Below, piece after piece: positions 24,387 to 37,246 of a DNA stretch of 64,000 nucleotides. The stretch is from contig NW_005434632.1 in the NCBI RefSeq assembly GCF_000315625.1, positions 525,122-589,121 on the forward strand, given 5' to 3'. The stretch is from Guillardia theta CCMP2712 (lineage: Eukaryota > Protista > Cryptophyta). Made by a program: the position numbers and the translations under genes. How positions within the stretch are numbered: the stretch's first letter is position 1; each line of letters starts with the position of its first letter. A model generated the notes under the pieces. The model saw only the letters and a list, made by a program, of their open reading frames with translations. It did no database searches and had not been told where the DNA came from.

Positions 24387-24600
24387 TGTCTTGCTTGTCT
24401 TGCTTGTCTTGCTTGTCTTGCTTGTCTTGCTTGTCTTGCTTGTCTTGATTGTCTTGATTGTGTTAGATATCTTACTTGTCTTACTTGTCTTGCTTGTCTT
24501 GCTTGTCTTGCTTGTCTTGCTTGTCTTGCTTGTCTTAGATATCTTACTTGTCTTACTTGTCTTACTTGTCGCAGATGTCTTACTTGCTCTGCTTGTCTTG
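24387..24600 (+). repeat. 9-bp minisatellite (TGTCTTGCT)n with variants
   Basis: Directly visible; produces spurious CLA/LVL ORFs. Confidence 0.95.
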
Positions 24601-24734
24601 TATTCTACATGATGATATCAGTGTTTTTGACATTTTGTTCTCATAGCTATGAAGTGATGTCTCTCTCTCTCCCTCTCAGGAAAATGATGAATCCAGCACC
24701 ATGACATGAAATTCCGAGCACAAAACCTCCTCAA

Positions 24735-25797
24735 ATGGTCATGGCAAGACCTGCCCATCTTGCTGACCGGTTTGTCGACCCGTCCTAGCGCCATGTGTCT
24801 CAGCATGTCGCAGGTTTGGCGGCTCTCTTGTCCTGGGCGTCAACACCGGAGGGTCCGAGGGAGATAAGGCAGGAGGAGATCTACGAGAGTTTGTTCCGGT
24901 ACCTCTCGCGACTCGTGCGAGCATGCAGCTCACGACACACAGCCTGTCGCCGAGCGAGACATGCAGGGAGAGGATCAGAGGGCTAGAGGGAGAGCTGAGG
25001 AAGCAGCAGCATGCGGGTGAAGGAAAAGCTCCTCCTCCTCCTGTGCCCTGACAAGTTTCAGTGTTCGACGTCGGGAAAAACGTCAGGAGCTTCTGTCATG
25101 ACGTGCTGCTGTCTTCTCCTCCCGGTCTGCTTCCTCCCCTTACGGCCCTCCTGACTTCCAGCTGTGCGAAGGAAGGATCTATGAACGTGTTGCGCGAGCC
25201 AACAGCTCTCCTCCTCCTCACTTCCCCTCTTCCTCCTCAGCCTCAAGACCTGGTTGCGTCCTTCTCCTGCCATGTGCGATGATGCTGAGGAGCAGGAGCA
25301 GGAGCAAGGCTCGTCAGCATTGCCTTCATCCTCCTCATCGGGCCCAGGGACTCTGCGGCCTCGGTTGACCTGCCATGGACGTCGGGGGGAGCTGAAGGCA
25401 GTTGGCAGGTGGACAGGCTGGTCGAGTATGTGGTGGGAGGCGACGACGTGCTGGTCGTTCATGTGGACAGCAAGGCAGACGGTCGATGACGAACCTCCTC
25501 CTCGTCCTTGTGCTCACTACGACGTCAGGGAGTCTGAGGAGGAGGATGGAGGAGCTCGAGAAGGAGCGCGGCAACGTCTTCCTCCTCCCCCGCTCGTTGA
25601 GCGTTACTTGGGGAGGGTTTTCCATGGTCAAGGCCCAGCTGGAAATGATGAAGTTTGTCGTGAGGGATGAGCGAGTGAGGAGGAGAGGTCGGTGGGACGT
25701 GCTGATCAACCTTAGTGGTCAGGTTGGTTCCTCTCGCTGCTCCTGCTGCGGCTTTTCCTCCTCCGCTCCTTCTCCTGCTCCTGCTCCTGCTCCTGCT

Positions 25798-25835
<38 letters not shown>

Positions 25836-26439
25836 TTCTGTAACCTTTGCCCTCACCTACTTGCCCTCGCATGTGGGTATCGCTCATTGATGGATCAGGA
25901 TATTCCTCTGATGCCTAAGGACGTCCTGAAGAAGCATCTGTCGGGACAAGGCGCGATGAACTGGATGCAGGTATGAGAAATATCCTTCTTGCTCGCTAGC
26001 TCGCTCATCTGCCTCCCCTTTTCTCCCTTTCCCCTTCCCTTCCCTTCCCTTCCCTTCCCTTCCCTTCCCTTCCCTTCCCTTCCCTTCCCTTCCCTTCCCT
26101 TCCCCTTCAGTTGGAGCTACACAACTCCTCCTTCAGCATGGGGGGCTGGGCCGAGTGCGACAATCGCATGTGGAGGGTCGTCCAGAGTCGATCGCCTCCG
26201 CGAGGGATGATTCTGGCACAGGTGAACCTTCCTCTCCCTCGACCTTGCTCGTTCTTCCTCCTGTCCTCCTCTCCGTCCTCTTTCTGGTCCTTTCCCTTCC
26301 TCCTCCTCCTTCCTCTTTCCTTCTCTCCCATCCTCTTGCTATTCCTTCTCTCCTCCCTCTCCTCTTTCTCCCTCTTTCCTCCTATCTCCTTCCTTCTTTC
26401 CCCTCAATCCCAGCCTCCTCCTCCTCCTCCTCCTCCTCC

Positions 26440-26482
<43 letters not shown>

Positions 26483-29400
26483 AGTCGTCGTCGTCGTCAT
26501 CATCATCATCATCATCATTTCTCCCGCTCCATGACATCTCACGTGATCTCCAAGGGCTCCCAGTGGTTCATCTTGTCCCGCGACTTCGTTTCGTACATAA
26601 CAGCATGCCTGACCCGAACGAGGGAAGTTGCTGGGGAGGAGGAGGAGGAGGAGGAGGAAGAGGAAGTTGAGGGGGTCTGTGAGAGAGGTGGTGCTGTTCT
26701 CGACCGCTGGGCATGCACGAGGGAGTGCGGGGTGACTCGGAGCTACTCGAGATGGGCCAGACACTCGTTCATCCCCGACGAGTCCTTCTTCCAGACGGTA
26801 CAACCCCAGCTGCTCTCCTAGCTGACCCCCGGGCTGAGCGCGATCAGGTGCTGGTCAACTCTCCCTTCTGCCAGACTCTCTTCCCCGACAACCTGCGGCA
26901 CATCAACTGGGAGGGGTACAGGAGGGGAGCGCACGCAGAGGCCTGGAGGAGGAGGAGGAGGAGCTGTGCCAACGAGGACGTGGTGGTCGGAGGATGCGGA
27001 AACAGTCCCGATCCCCTGACAGCAGAGGATGTGGTATGACCCTTTGTCATGACCATCACAAATACATTCCCTTCCACCTCTTCTCCTCCCCTCTGCCTCT
27101 CCTCTCCTCCCCTCTCCTGCCCCCACTCCCTCCCTCCCTCCCTCACTCACTCACTCCCTCACTCACTCCCTCCCTCACTCACTCACTCACTCACTCACTC
27201 ACTCACTCACTCACTCACTCTTGCATGGTCTCACATATTCTCTGATTCAGGTGGAGCTGCTGCGAGATAACCTGCAAACGTTTGCCAGGAAAGTTGACGT
27301 GAACTACGACGAGCGGGTGAGAAGGAGAGGAAGATGGACAGGGACGAGCAAGAGGAAAACTGGATAATGGTAGACGAGAAGGATCTGTTGAGGAGGAGGA
27401 GGAGGAGGAGGGGGAATCGACTGTTGATGATCAACCAATTCAGGTTTGGCCTCTTGTAGAATGTTGGTTTGCGCGTCAGTCGGGTGACCCTGCCGACTGT
27501 CTGCCGAGCTCTCCTCTGTTAGTTTCTGTTGCACAACCAGGTGTGTCAACGTTACTTCCTCTTTCCATCTCATCCATCAGAAAAGACTCCATCATCACAT
27601 TTTCATCTTGTCTCGTTCCGACACTCTTTACCTCGATCTTCCTTCTTCAGTCAAGCTTTTCTCGTTTGCGTACCTTCTTTTCTTTCGTAGATCTTCTTCC
27701 TCATTCATATTCTTCTCACATTTTTCTCCTTCTCCGATTCTTCTCTCTCTTATCCTCTCTTCTCATTCTCCCTCTTCTCTCACTAATTTCTTCACTGATT
27801 TTCTGTCAGGGCCGGCAAGGATTGTCACTTTGAGCGCTTCGAACTCACTCGCTGCTGGTTCGTTTCCTCCTCTGCTTGTCTCCTCCTTATGCTCTCGTCA
27901 GGGTCTGCCATGGATGGAGACCTCCGGTACTTATCAACCTACGACAATCTCTTCCTCCTCCTCTAGCTACTCCTCCTCCTCCTCCTTCTCCTTCCCCTCA
28001 GCCTCCGATAATCTGTTCTTGCTCCTGCTTTTCTCCTACTCCTCCTCCTCCTCCTCCTCCTTTCACCTTCTTTTCCTTCTGCCATCACCACCACCACCTC
28101 CTCCTCCTTCTCTCCTTGTCCTCCTCTCTTTCCCTTCCTACTTCCCTTCCTTTCTTGTACCAACTCTCTTCTCCATCACTGTCTCTTCATCTTCCTCTCA
28201 TTTCTTGTCCCCTCGCCTTCAGGTCTCGCTGGAGCCTCCACGAACCCACCAGGGACTTCCAAGGTTTCCGTCCCCTCGCGCGCGAGGCTGTAGACTCGCT
28301 CCTCCTCCTCCTCGACTCCTCTCGCCCATGGCGCCGTCCTCTAGCCGCCCTGTGCGACATGGTCCAGGTCCTCTGAACCCCCAGCCGCTTGTGCGAGTTG
28401 ACAGGGGAGGAGCAGAAGACGATGGAGGCTGTGAGGGAGTGGATGAGAAACCAAGTGTGTCTGACGGTGAGGAGGAGGAGGTGGAGGCGTGTAGGAGGCG
28501 TGTAGGGGGCGTGTAGGAGCTGATCGCTGCTCAAGGTGGAGCTTGACGCAAGCGTGAGGTTGAAAAGCCTACGGCTGTACTGGGAGAAGTCGCCGAGGGA
28601 GTACCGAGTGTACGCGAAGGCTGCGAGCTCGGTAAAGCAGCTTTGCGGCGATGCAGGAGGAGGAGGAGGAGGAGGGAGGGGAGGAGGAGGGAGGGGAGGA
28701 GGAGGGAGGGGAGGAGGAGGAGGATGGTGGTGGTGGTGGTGGTGGTGATGATGATGATGATGACTACCAGGTTGGTTGTGAGGAGGTCAACGCGGGAGGA
28801 TGGGTCAGGCTTGAACTGCTCTCCTCCTCCTCTAGCTGCAAGAAGGGCATGGCAGAGGAGGTCAGAAGAAGTGCTCTTCTTCTGCTTCTCCTCCTCCTCT
28901 GACTGCTGTCGTCAGTTCGTAGAGGAGAGATGTTATGCTACTTTGGCTCCTCCATCCCCCTGCCTTCAGGTGATCTTGCGACCGGTTTCTCCTCCTCCTC
29001 ATTCTGCCAGGTCGCCGTCAAATCCCTCGAGCTTTGCGCTCCCAAGAACAGAATGCACTGTGAGACGATGTCCTCCTTCTTTTTTTTCACCCCATCCCTT
29101 CCTCCTCCTCCTCCTCCTCCTCCTTTCGCCTCCTCCTCCTCCTCCTCCTCCTCCTCCTCCTTTCGCCTCCTCCTCCTCCTCCTCCTCCTCCTCCTCCTTC
29201 GCCTCCTCCTCCTCCTCCTCCTGCTCTTCCTCCCTGCCTCCCTCCCTCCCTCCTCTTCCCACTTTGTGCTCCCTTCTCCCTCCTCCTTCTCCCCCTCCGA
29301 CCTCTGCCCTCCTCCTCCTTCAGCCTGGCCATGTCTTTGCCTCAGTCTCCTGTTTCAACCCCTTCCCTTCTCAACCCCCTGCTCTCTCCTCCTCCGCCTC

Positions 29401-29542
29401 CTTAAACTGAGTTCCCTCCTCCCTCCTCCCTCTCTTCTTTTTCTCCTTTTTCGTCTCCTTCTCCCTCTCGTTCCGCTGAGACTTCTTGGCAGTCAAGGAG
29501 CAGTATGCTCTGAGCGAGATTCAAGTGTGGGCGATGACATAG
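24735..29542 (+). CDS. GT14 (core-2/I-branching) xylosyltransferase-like protein with C-terminal F5/8-type-C (discoidin)-like domain; 5' end uncertain
   Basis: VVHVDSK, VTWGGFSMVKAQL, WDVLINLSGQDIPL, ECDNRMWR, GSQWFILSRDF, IPDESFFQTVLVNSPFC, NLRHINW, GCGNSP, FARK. Tail VELDASVRLKSLRLYWEKSPREYRVY..YALSEIQVW. Confidence 0.75.
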
Positions 29543-29692
29543 CAGGAGGAGGAGGATTGGGAAAGAGGCGAGGAGGAGGACGAGGACGAGGACGAGGATG
29601 GGGAAAGAGGCGAGGAGGAGGAGGGTTGAACGACATCATGGAATAATAAAACAACATCTAGTCTGCTACACTAACATGAGCATGCATCTTCA

Positions 29693-29968
29693 TCATTTCC
29701 TCACAGGAATCTTGAAACGCTTCTTCATATTCGGCTCTTTGAACAGCTCGTCTGTCTGTGGCCGTCTATCCTTCTCTCCCTCCTCCTCTCCCTCCTCCTT
29801 CCCCTCCTCCTTCCCCTCCTCCTTCTCCTCCTCCTCCATGCTCTCTGAAAGCTTCTGTTGCGCCAGTCGCTTCTCCATAGCAACGCGGTCCTGCTGCGCT
29901 AAGAAATCTTCGCAGTCCTCCTCGTCATACTGTGTTTCTTCTCCCGCCATTCGTTTCCCTTGCTCCAT
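29693..29968 (-). CDS. Small acidic/basic hypothetical protein or terminal exon (ends KKRFKIPVRK)
   Basis: Open frame with ATG and partly non-repetitive sequence; no family recognised. Confidence 0.3.
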   Translation of the reverse strand: MEQGKRMAGEETQYDEEDCEDFLAQQDRVAMEKRLAQQKLSESMEEEEKEEGKEEGKEEGEEEGEKDRRPQTDELFKEPNMKKRFKIPVRK

Positions 29969-30373
29969 GCCCTGCACGCCTGTCAGTTCTTGCACTGACA
30001 ATCTCCTTCCTCTTGCTAGTCCCTCCCCTTTCTCCCTCCTTCACTCTCCTCCCTCCGTCTGCCTCCAACACTCCTCTCCGCACCTCCTTCCCCTTCCCCC
30101 TCCCCTCTCTCCCTTCTCCCCACCTCTCTCCCCTTGCCCCCCTCTCCTCCCTTCCTGCCCTCCCTTTCTGTCCTCTCCTCACCTCTGCCTCGCCTCTCTC
30201 CCTTCCCAACTTGCTCTCCCCTCCCCTCCCCTCCTCTCTTCTCCCTCCCCCTCCTCTCCTCTCCCCTGCCCTAGTATGCCTTGTTGGTCGTCAGCCTTGT
30301 AATAATTCCGCCCCCTCACAATTCGCCCCGACTCCCTTCCCTCGTCCTTCCTGTTCTTGCCGCCTGGACCGCC

Positions 30374-33300
30374 ATGTCGGGCAACAGTCATAGAGCTCTC
30401 GCCCTTGTTGTCTTCATGGCATTTCTATCAAGACAAGCAGGAGCAGGAGCAGGAGCAGCAGCAGCAGCAGCAGCAGGAGCAGGAGCAGCAGCAGCAGCAG
30501 CAGCAGGAGCAGGAGCAGCAGCAGGAGGAACGGGCTTGGCTTCGCACTATCCAAGACTGAGGGGAGGAAGAGGAGCATGCGAGGAGGAAGGAGAGGGAGG
30601 GAGCTGGTGGGAGGAGCAGGCAAGACGAGCCTTGAGGGGGATCGACGAGCTCGAGGGAGCGGGAGCAGAGGATTTCTCTCAGCATGCGCAAGTCCTGCAG
30701 CAGGTGCGGCAGGTGCTTCACCTCAATCGCAGCATGACGGTCGGAGACGCCGTAAGGAGGAGTGGGAAAGACGGCTTCTCCATCAGCTACTGCACCATCA
30801 TCCCGCACGGCGCGAGCGAGGAACGAAGTGACGCGGTGCACATGCTGGTGGAGGGAATCAAGGTTCGACTGGAGACGGGGAGGAGCAAGCTCGTGGACGC
30901 CATGGGGGCCCATCTCGTCGCGCTCCTGATGCCATACCAAGAGTGTCTAGAGATGTTCGCCTGATCGTGCCATGCTGACAGTTGTCCTCACTCTGCATGC
31001 CAGCGGCGCTGCCTCCTCCTCCGCCATCGAGCTGCTCCTGAGAGCAGCTGAGAGCGACAAGGAAGCTCTTGATATGCTCCTGGCTGGCATGGAGAATAAC
31101 TTCCGCTCAGGGAGAGCTTCTTGCGTGTTAACACAGGTCCTTCCATCCTCCTGCCTCCTCCTGCCTCCTCCTGCCTCCTCCACCCCCTTCCACCTCCTCC
31201 TCCTCTCGGTCTCCTGCATATTCTCTGTCATCGCTCGCCTCCTGCTGTTGTTGGCTCACCAGTGCTGCAGCTGCGAGTCTTGGTCGGGCATCTCGTGAAG
31301 CTGCAGGAAGGCCGAGAGTCTCGTTCGGGGCTGTTGTGACCTTGTCACAGGAGAGAGGCGGCGACGAGGAGGTCCAACGAGCCCTCGACTTTGTGCTCAA
31401 CGGGTTTCTATCGCACTGGAGAGGTACTTGTTCTTGCTGCTTGCTTGCGAAGCTGAGATGAAGTAGAAGCAGAATATAATTCAGACAAAGAGCACGAAGT
31501 ATCCTCCTCTCCCTTCTCCTTCTCCTTCTCCTTTTTCCCTTCTTCTCCCCTCCTTCCCCTCCTGCCCCTCCTCTCCTCCTGCTCCTCCCCATTGAGACTG
31601 GTCTGGCAGCTGCTGGCACTCGCCAAGTTCGCGTGGAGTCTCTTCGAGACGGTCGCTTGCCATGTCGAGCTGTCGGTGGCTGACGCTGAGGCAGGGGAAC
31701 ATGACAAGAGCAGCTGCCCAGCTCTCGGTCAGCATGTTGGCGTCAGAGTTGCCGACGCTGCAGCTGGGGGATAGTTTGAGGTCAAGGTGCAAGCCCAAGG
31801 TGATTCAAGTCGTCTTTGACCGTCAGGACCCACAACAAGTGGGAGAGCAGCAGGGAGTGTTGAGCAAGGGGAAGAAGGAGGAGGAGGCGGCGATGAGCGC
31901 CAAGGTGAGCATGTCTGCAGGATTCCTGCTGCTTTACTCGTTCTTCGCCAGATCTTTTGTAGGATCTTGCTGCACAGCTCCCTTCCCCTGCAAGAGTTGT
32001 ATGATTGCGAGCAACAGAGGTAGGACCATCCTCACCATTCTGCTCCTCACCCGCGAGCAGGGAGCTGGAGGAGCTGAAAACAGTGCGAGCCGTGTTCATC
32101 TACATGGCTGCCTGCCGGCCCGATGGTTGGCTCCTCCCTGCCGCTCCTGGCAGACCTTCTAAGGCGAACATGCACAATTTCTCCACCTGGCTCCCAGCTG
32201 TGTATAAGGTGGTGGCAAGAGACGATGAACTGGTCAAGGGCGACTACAAGTCTTCAAGAGCGTTCGATGTTCTCAGAAACTTCAAGGAGGATGTTGACAA
32301 CATGTTGAAAAGCGTAGATGGGGAGGTTGGTGATCAATGATGATAATGTGATTGTGGTGCTGTGACAATGACGGTGACGATGACGATGGTGATGATGATG
32401 ATGATGGTGATGATGATGGTGGTGGTGATGATGATGATGATGATGACGCAATCAGGTGAGATTGAAGGGAATCGATCTTTTGCAAGCGCTGCTGTCGTGG
32501 ATCCCCCAAGACGATCTCAACGACGAGGACGCGGAGGCTGTGCTCCCCACTTTCGTCAACTTCCTGCTTGCAGTGTACCAGCTGGACGAGGTGAGGGGAG
32601 CAGGTGAGGTCGTGAGTGACGTCAGAGCAGAGATATATCAGCGTGGACGCCATCAACACATTCAGACGGTCTGATCCACACTCTAGCACACCTGTGCAGG
32701 TTGAGACTGATAGACGAGTAGGTTCTTCGCCGTCCATGGGGAGAGGGGAAAGTTTGCGCTAGTCAGAGTCCTGTTTGGGGAAGAGATGCTGAGTGAAAGG
32801 GAGCCGACGGCAGTGCTGAACCTGCGAGGAGAAGCGATCTACATGCTGAAGAAGGAGATTCAATGGGCTCTCGAACATGGGGTGCGTCCCCGTCTCACTC
32901 CTTCCTCCTCGTCCTCCGCTCTTTCGTCTTTCCTTTTCTTCTCTCCTTCTCTTCTTTCCTTCTCTTCTTTCCTTCTCTTCTTTCCTTCTCTTCTTTCCTT
33001 CTCTTCTTTCCTTCTCTTCTTTCCTTTTCTTCTCTCAACATGTCACAGGAGAAAGAAGATGTCGCTGTAAGGGAGCTTCTTGACTTCGTACGTCCGCGAT
33101 GCAGGTGACGGGCATGTGAGACGCGTGATAGGTTTGCACCTTGCTGGATCAATCTCTCAAAGGAAGCCGCAATGACATCTCTGAGATCCCGCTGGTCTTT
33201 CTCTTCCACTCATGTCAACATGCGCCCTGACGGCTCGCGAAAGGTGAACGGGCCGAGTGAAGAGATCATGGCGAGCCTCAACATGTTGTTCTACCTGCTC

Positions 33301-34027
33301 GGCCTCGGTCAGCCGTCGAGCTCAATCATCTCCCAACGCTGATGCCATGTAGAGGAACGTCTTCGTCCTCCTCGTCTGCTTTTCCTCCGCTGGAAATCTG
33401 AGGTGTTTCTTCTACCTTCTGCTCCCCTCTCACCTGGACCTCAAGATCCTCGAGCCTCTTGCCCGCCACATCACCACCCACATGGATCGAGTCGACCGCC
33501 AGGTTTCTGCTTCCTGTCTTGTCCTCTGGGACGTCGACCTACTCCTCCTCCTCCTCCTCCTCCTCCTCCTCCTCCTCCTCCTCCTCCTCCTCCTCCCTCC
33601 TTCTCCTTGTTATACTCTGCCTCTGATCGCTACACCAGATTTGCTTCCGCGAGGAGGAGCTGCATGAAGCTCTCAAGGCTCCGAGCAGGCAGGGACGTCA
33701 AGATGAGATCACGGAGCTGGATCTTGCCCGTAAGGTGGATGAAATATTCCTTCCCCTGCCTTCTCTTGCATCACTGAGTTGCCCTCTCGTGCTTGCTGCT
33801 ACACTTGCAGGAGCAGTTCCTCGAGGGGTTCCGAATGTCATTCAGGTTCTTGCAGCTCTCCCTCCTCCTCCTTCCTCCCCAGCTCCCTCCCCTCCCTACC
33901 TCTCTTCCTCATTCCTCACTCCCTCCCTCAAGTCATGGATGATAACCTTGGGAATGCCAGGACTTGTCACATCGCGCGGTGGCAGCTGGACCGGATGTTC
34001 AACGTCATGGCCTTCAGGTTATCGTAA
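30374..34027 (+). CDS. Glomulin/ALF4/Ybp1-like helical protein with signal peptide + RLRGG leader; multi-exon
   Basis: ERGKFALVRVLF..LRGEAIYMLKKEIQWAL and EEIMASLNMLFYLL resemble glomulin C-terminal motifs (GKYTLFRCLL..IIQNIKNQI; RIMASLNLLRYL) as I recall them; N-terminal ALALVVFMAFL. Confidence 0.55.
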
Positions 34028-34082
34028 AGAAAAAAGAAAACTTCACTCGAAACATTCAAATGCACGACTATCGTCCTGCTGC

Positions 34083-34795
34083 TTAAGGGTTGTTGCGGGT
34101 GCCGGACCAGGTGTCAGCAGCGGTGGGGTTGGCGGGGGCAGCGTTGCATCCGACATCGCCGCCGACACAGCTGTAGGCCTCGATCAAAGCCTTGGTGTAC
34201 TGGGGCATCTCGATGGGTCCACTCCAGTTCCTACCATCGCGTCAGAGCATGCTCCATTCAGGGAGGCGCGGGTTGCGGGATAGGAAGTGAGTATAGAGCA
34301 CGACATGATGTGTGATGGGATAGGCCTTACTTGGAGACGGTGGGAGTGATGTCGTTGTAGACAGGCTTTGAACTCTTTGCCAAGATCTGTCAAGAAAGAT
34401 TAGAAGTCGTGTCTTGACGCAAAACAATCTAATAAATTTCAAGATGTCGTACAAAATTGAAATGCAAGAAAGATGGCAAATAATTGACGACTGTGAGTCT
34501 ATTCATCCACTTCCTAAACTCGGGATCATATGAATAGTTGTGGAAGCAAGCTAACACGTCCTATCCTTGCCTTCTCTCAGCCCTGTCCTGTTTGTAATTG
34601 ATTCTTCTTACTTCATTCTACTGTCCCTCAATTCCTTCCCCTTCTGTCTTCCTTCCTCTCTTTTTCAAATCATCTCTCCGTCTCTCTTCCCTCCCTTCCT
34701 CTCCCATAGCGCTTGCAAAGCCTCCCATCGTCCCTCCCTTCCTCTCCCATAGCGCTTGCAAAGCCTCCCATCGTGCATCAGCTTACCGCGAACAT
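34083..34795 (-). CDS. Spliced 70-aa microprotein MFA-ILAKSSKPVYNDITPTVSK-NWSGPIEMPQYTKALIEAYSCVGGDVGCNAAPANPTAADTWSGTRNNP
   Basis: Exons 34795-34787, 34386-34331 and 34230-34083; gtaag donors; consistent phases; C-ending codon bias; TATA-like AT-rich tract at 34824-34920. Confidence 0.7.
34689..34774 (+). repeat. 43-bp perfect tandem duplication inside intron 1 of the microprotein gene
   Basis: ccctcccttcctctcccatagcgcttgcaaagcctcccatcgt x2. Confidence 0.85.
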
Positions 34796-34959
34796 GGTAC
34801 TGCTGCCCGGAAATAGATCCTCCTTATAAAAAGAGGCACGACCTGAAAATCATTATGAATTTATTATAATTATGCTAAAAATGCCATATATTATATATAA
34901 TTATATTATTATTTATATCGTTCGGAATGTTTGTCGATTATAGCTCAGACAGATTTCGT

Positions 34960-35420
34960 ACCCCGGGAATTTCCAGAAGTACCACCCACCCCTAGTCACA
35001 GATTGTACCCTTGTACCGAGATCTATTTTAAGACTTGCCAGGCCGGGCCGGTGATCATTTTTGACTAATCAGTCACTCAGTCACGGTCCGCGGTGACCAG
35101 TAGTACTACGGCCCGGGCCCTGTGAGAGACTACTGAGAGGCTCAGAGAAGCTGTGGCACGGCCCAGCTCAGCGATCCGATACGGTGACCGCCGCCCGGCC
35201 GAGCGGCCCGGCCTCTCCGGCCAGCGGCGCGAGTCCCTGGGACTCCCTCCGGCGACTCGATCGGAGTCAGCCAGGCTCACTGTCACCGAGTCGGATCCGG
35301 CGCCGCCGAAGTTTACGCAACGCCGGAGGCTTTTGAACTCAGCCTGTGTTACGACTACCGTACGGTACGATTAGCCGCGGCCCCGCTGGGTTCGGAGTGC
35401 CGGGACTAGCTGAGTTAGGC
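34960..35420. promoter_or_regulatory. Short ACCCC tract followed by a CCGG/GGCC-rich island
   Basis: Dense ccgg, ggcc, gagtc, tcagt, gatcgga and ccgtacg words. Confidence 0.4.
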
Positions 35421-37246
35421 CCATGATGCCCCGCCGGCCGTCGTGTTGCCGCAATGATGTTTTCTCTTGCAGTATCCTCTCCGCGAGCTCAAGGAACGGC
35501 TGGTACATCCTCTCAAGATCCTCCGCTAGTGCGTACAGCCGCTGCATGCCTTCCCTCGACTTCTGCATCCCCAAAATCGTCTCGTCCTGCCGCCAGTTGT
35601 CACACGCTAAGCCCTCCCTCCCTCCCGGCTCCCTCCCGGCTCCCTCCCGGCTCCCGAGTCCCTCCCGGCTCCCGAGTCCCTCCCGGCTCCCTCCCTCCAT
35701 GAAGCTCGGAAGTTCCCTTTCCCAGGCTTTGTCCTCCTGTCCTTCCTCCCCTCCCTACATGAAGCCCCCCCTCCCTCTCAACACCTTCCATCATCAAACT
35801 CTCCCTCGGCCCTCCATGACGCCGAGTTTCCCTTCCATCCCTCCCCTCCCTCCCATCCCTCCCCTTCTTACCGCGTACAGGTCGGACACGAAGTCGTTGG
35901 TCCATGTCTCGTAGTCCCGTCCGGCGTTCAAGAACCTCTGGATACTCAAAGTCGACCTGTCTGACGGCACCTGAGCTGATTTGTACTCCTCCCTGTCAAC
36001 CTGCAGTGCCCCGCAGGAAGCAGGGGATGTTAGATCGGTACTCTCACTTGACCCCTGTATCCAAACAAGCACCACCCCTGGCTTCAGCTCTCTACTCTCT
36101 CTCCCCTCCCCTCGACTCACCGGGACAAGGAAAGTTCTTATCGCTCTTGGTCGCCCGTAGCTATCGAACTCCTGCTGCTGTATCAACCTCGCGACCACAC
36201 ACTCTGTTCCCGTCTCGTCTCTGAAGTTTCGAAGCCTCATCAACAAGGCCATCGGCTGCCCCGGTCTGGCTGCGAAGGACCAGGTGCCGAACATCACGTA
36301 ACAGAAGTAGGTGAACTCAGTTGAGAGCAAGGACAGCTCTCTGTTTGCTATCCTCGCCAGCAGCTCCTCCTCATGCAGTCCTACAAGCCTCGACGTGGCA
36401 TCGGATACAAACACGTGCGCTCGCTGCCCCGTCGACGGATGCAGATGCTGCTTCACCACCCCGAAGCTCTGCTGGTCGTAGAAGGCTCGGTCTAGCTCCA
36501 GGTCTGGCTTCGTCTCCGTCTCGCCACCTTCCATCAGCAGTTGGTCTTGCCATCCCCGACTTCTCTCCATCTTGTCTGCCACGATGATCTCTACCGCATG
36601 CAGCGCTCGTCGCGTCACCTGCTGCAGGTAGGGAGGAAGACAGAGGAAGGTGTTCATCAGCTCCTGCGAGCTGAAGCCGAACTCCCAGTGCCTTGCAAGC
36701 ACGCGATCCGGCCATCCCATTGAGTTCATCTGCTCCCGCAAAGCTGACGGCTTGTCGAACGACATGCTTCGGATCCAGAAGTCCAGCGGTCTCTCCACCC
36801 ACAGCTCTCCCGTCTGCCTCCTCTCATGCACTAGCACAAGGTCTAAATGCTCCTCATCCTTCCTCCCGTCGTCTATGACGATCAACTCCATAGCCTCGTA
36901 CACGCACTCCTCCTCTCTCGATCGAGCCCTGCAGCGTGAGCAGGGTCGACCCTCGTCGCACCTGACCTTGGATCTTCTGCACGCATCACAAGCGACCAAG
37001 CTCCTCGAGGATGAGGGCTTGGCTCCTCTTAGTCTGACACAAAGCCCTTGCACGTTGTGCTTGACGCATCTGCATCCGCCATCAAATGACAAGTTGAGAA
37101 AAGAGCCGCTTCACTCCAAACACAACACGATGAAAAAATTGGCACGTTCTCTCTCTTACTGGTCCTTACCTAGAGCATGGCTGGAAGTTGTCACACTTTA
37201 CTTTCGCATCCATGCATGGTGTGCAAGCAAACTTGATCTTGGTCAT
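35371..37246 (-). CDS. Transcription factor with two tandem Zn2Cys6 (GAL4-type) binuclear clusters
   Basis: Exon 1 (37246-37170) MTKIKFACTPCMDAKVKCDNFQPCS|RCVKHNVQGLC, then ACDACRRSKVRCDEGRPCSRCRARSREEEC. Both fit CxxCx6Cx5CxxCx7-8C. Confidence 0.85.

Noticed and set aside
24279-24704. Cys-rich CLACLAC metallothionein-like ORF
   Set aside because: Translation of a 9-bp minisatellite, starting at a non-ATG codon.
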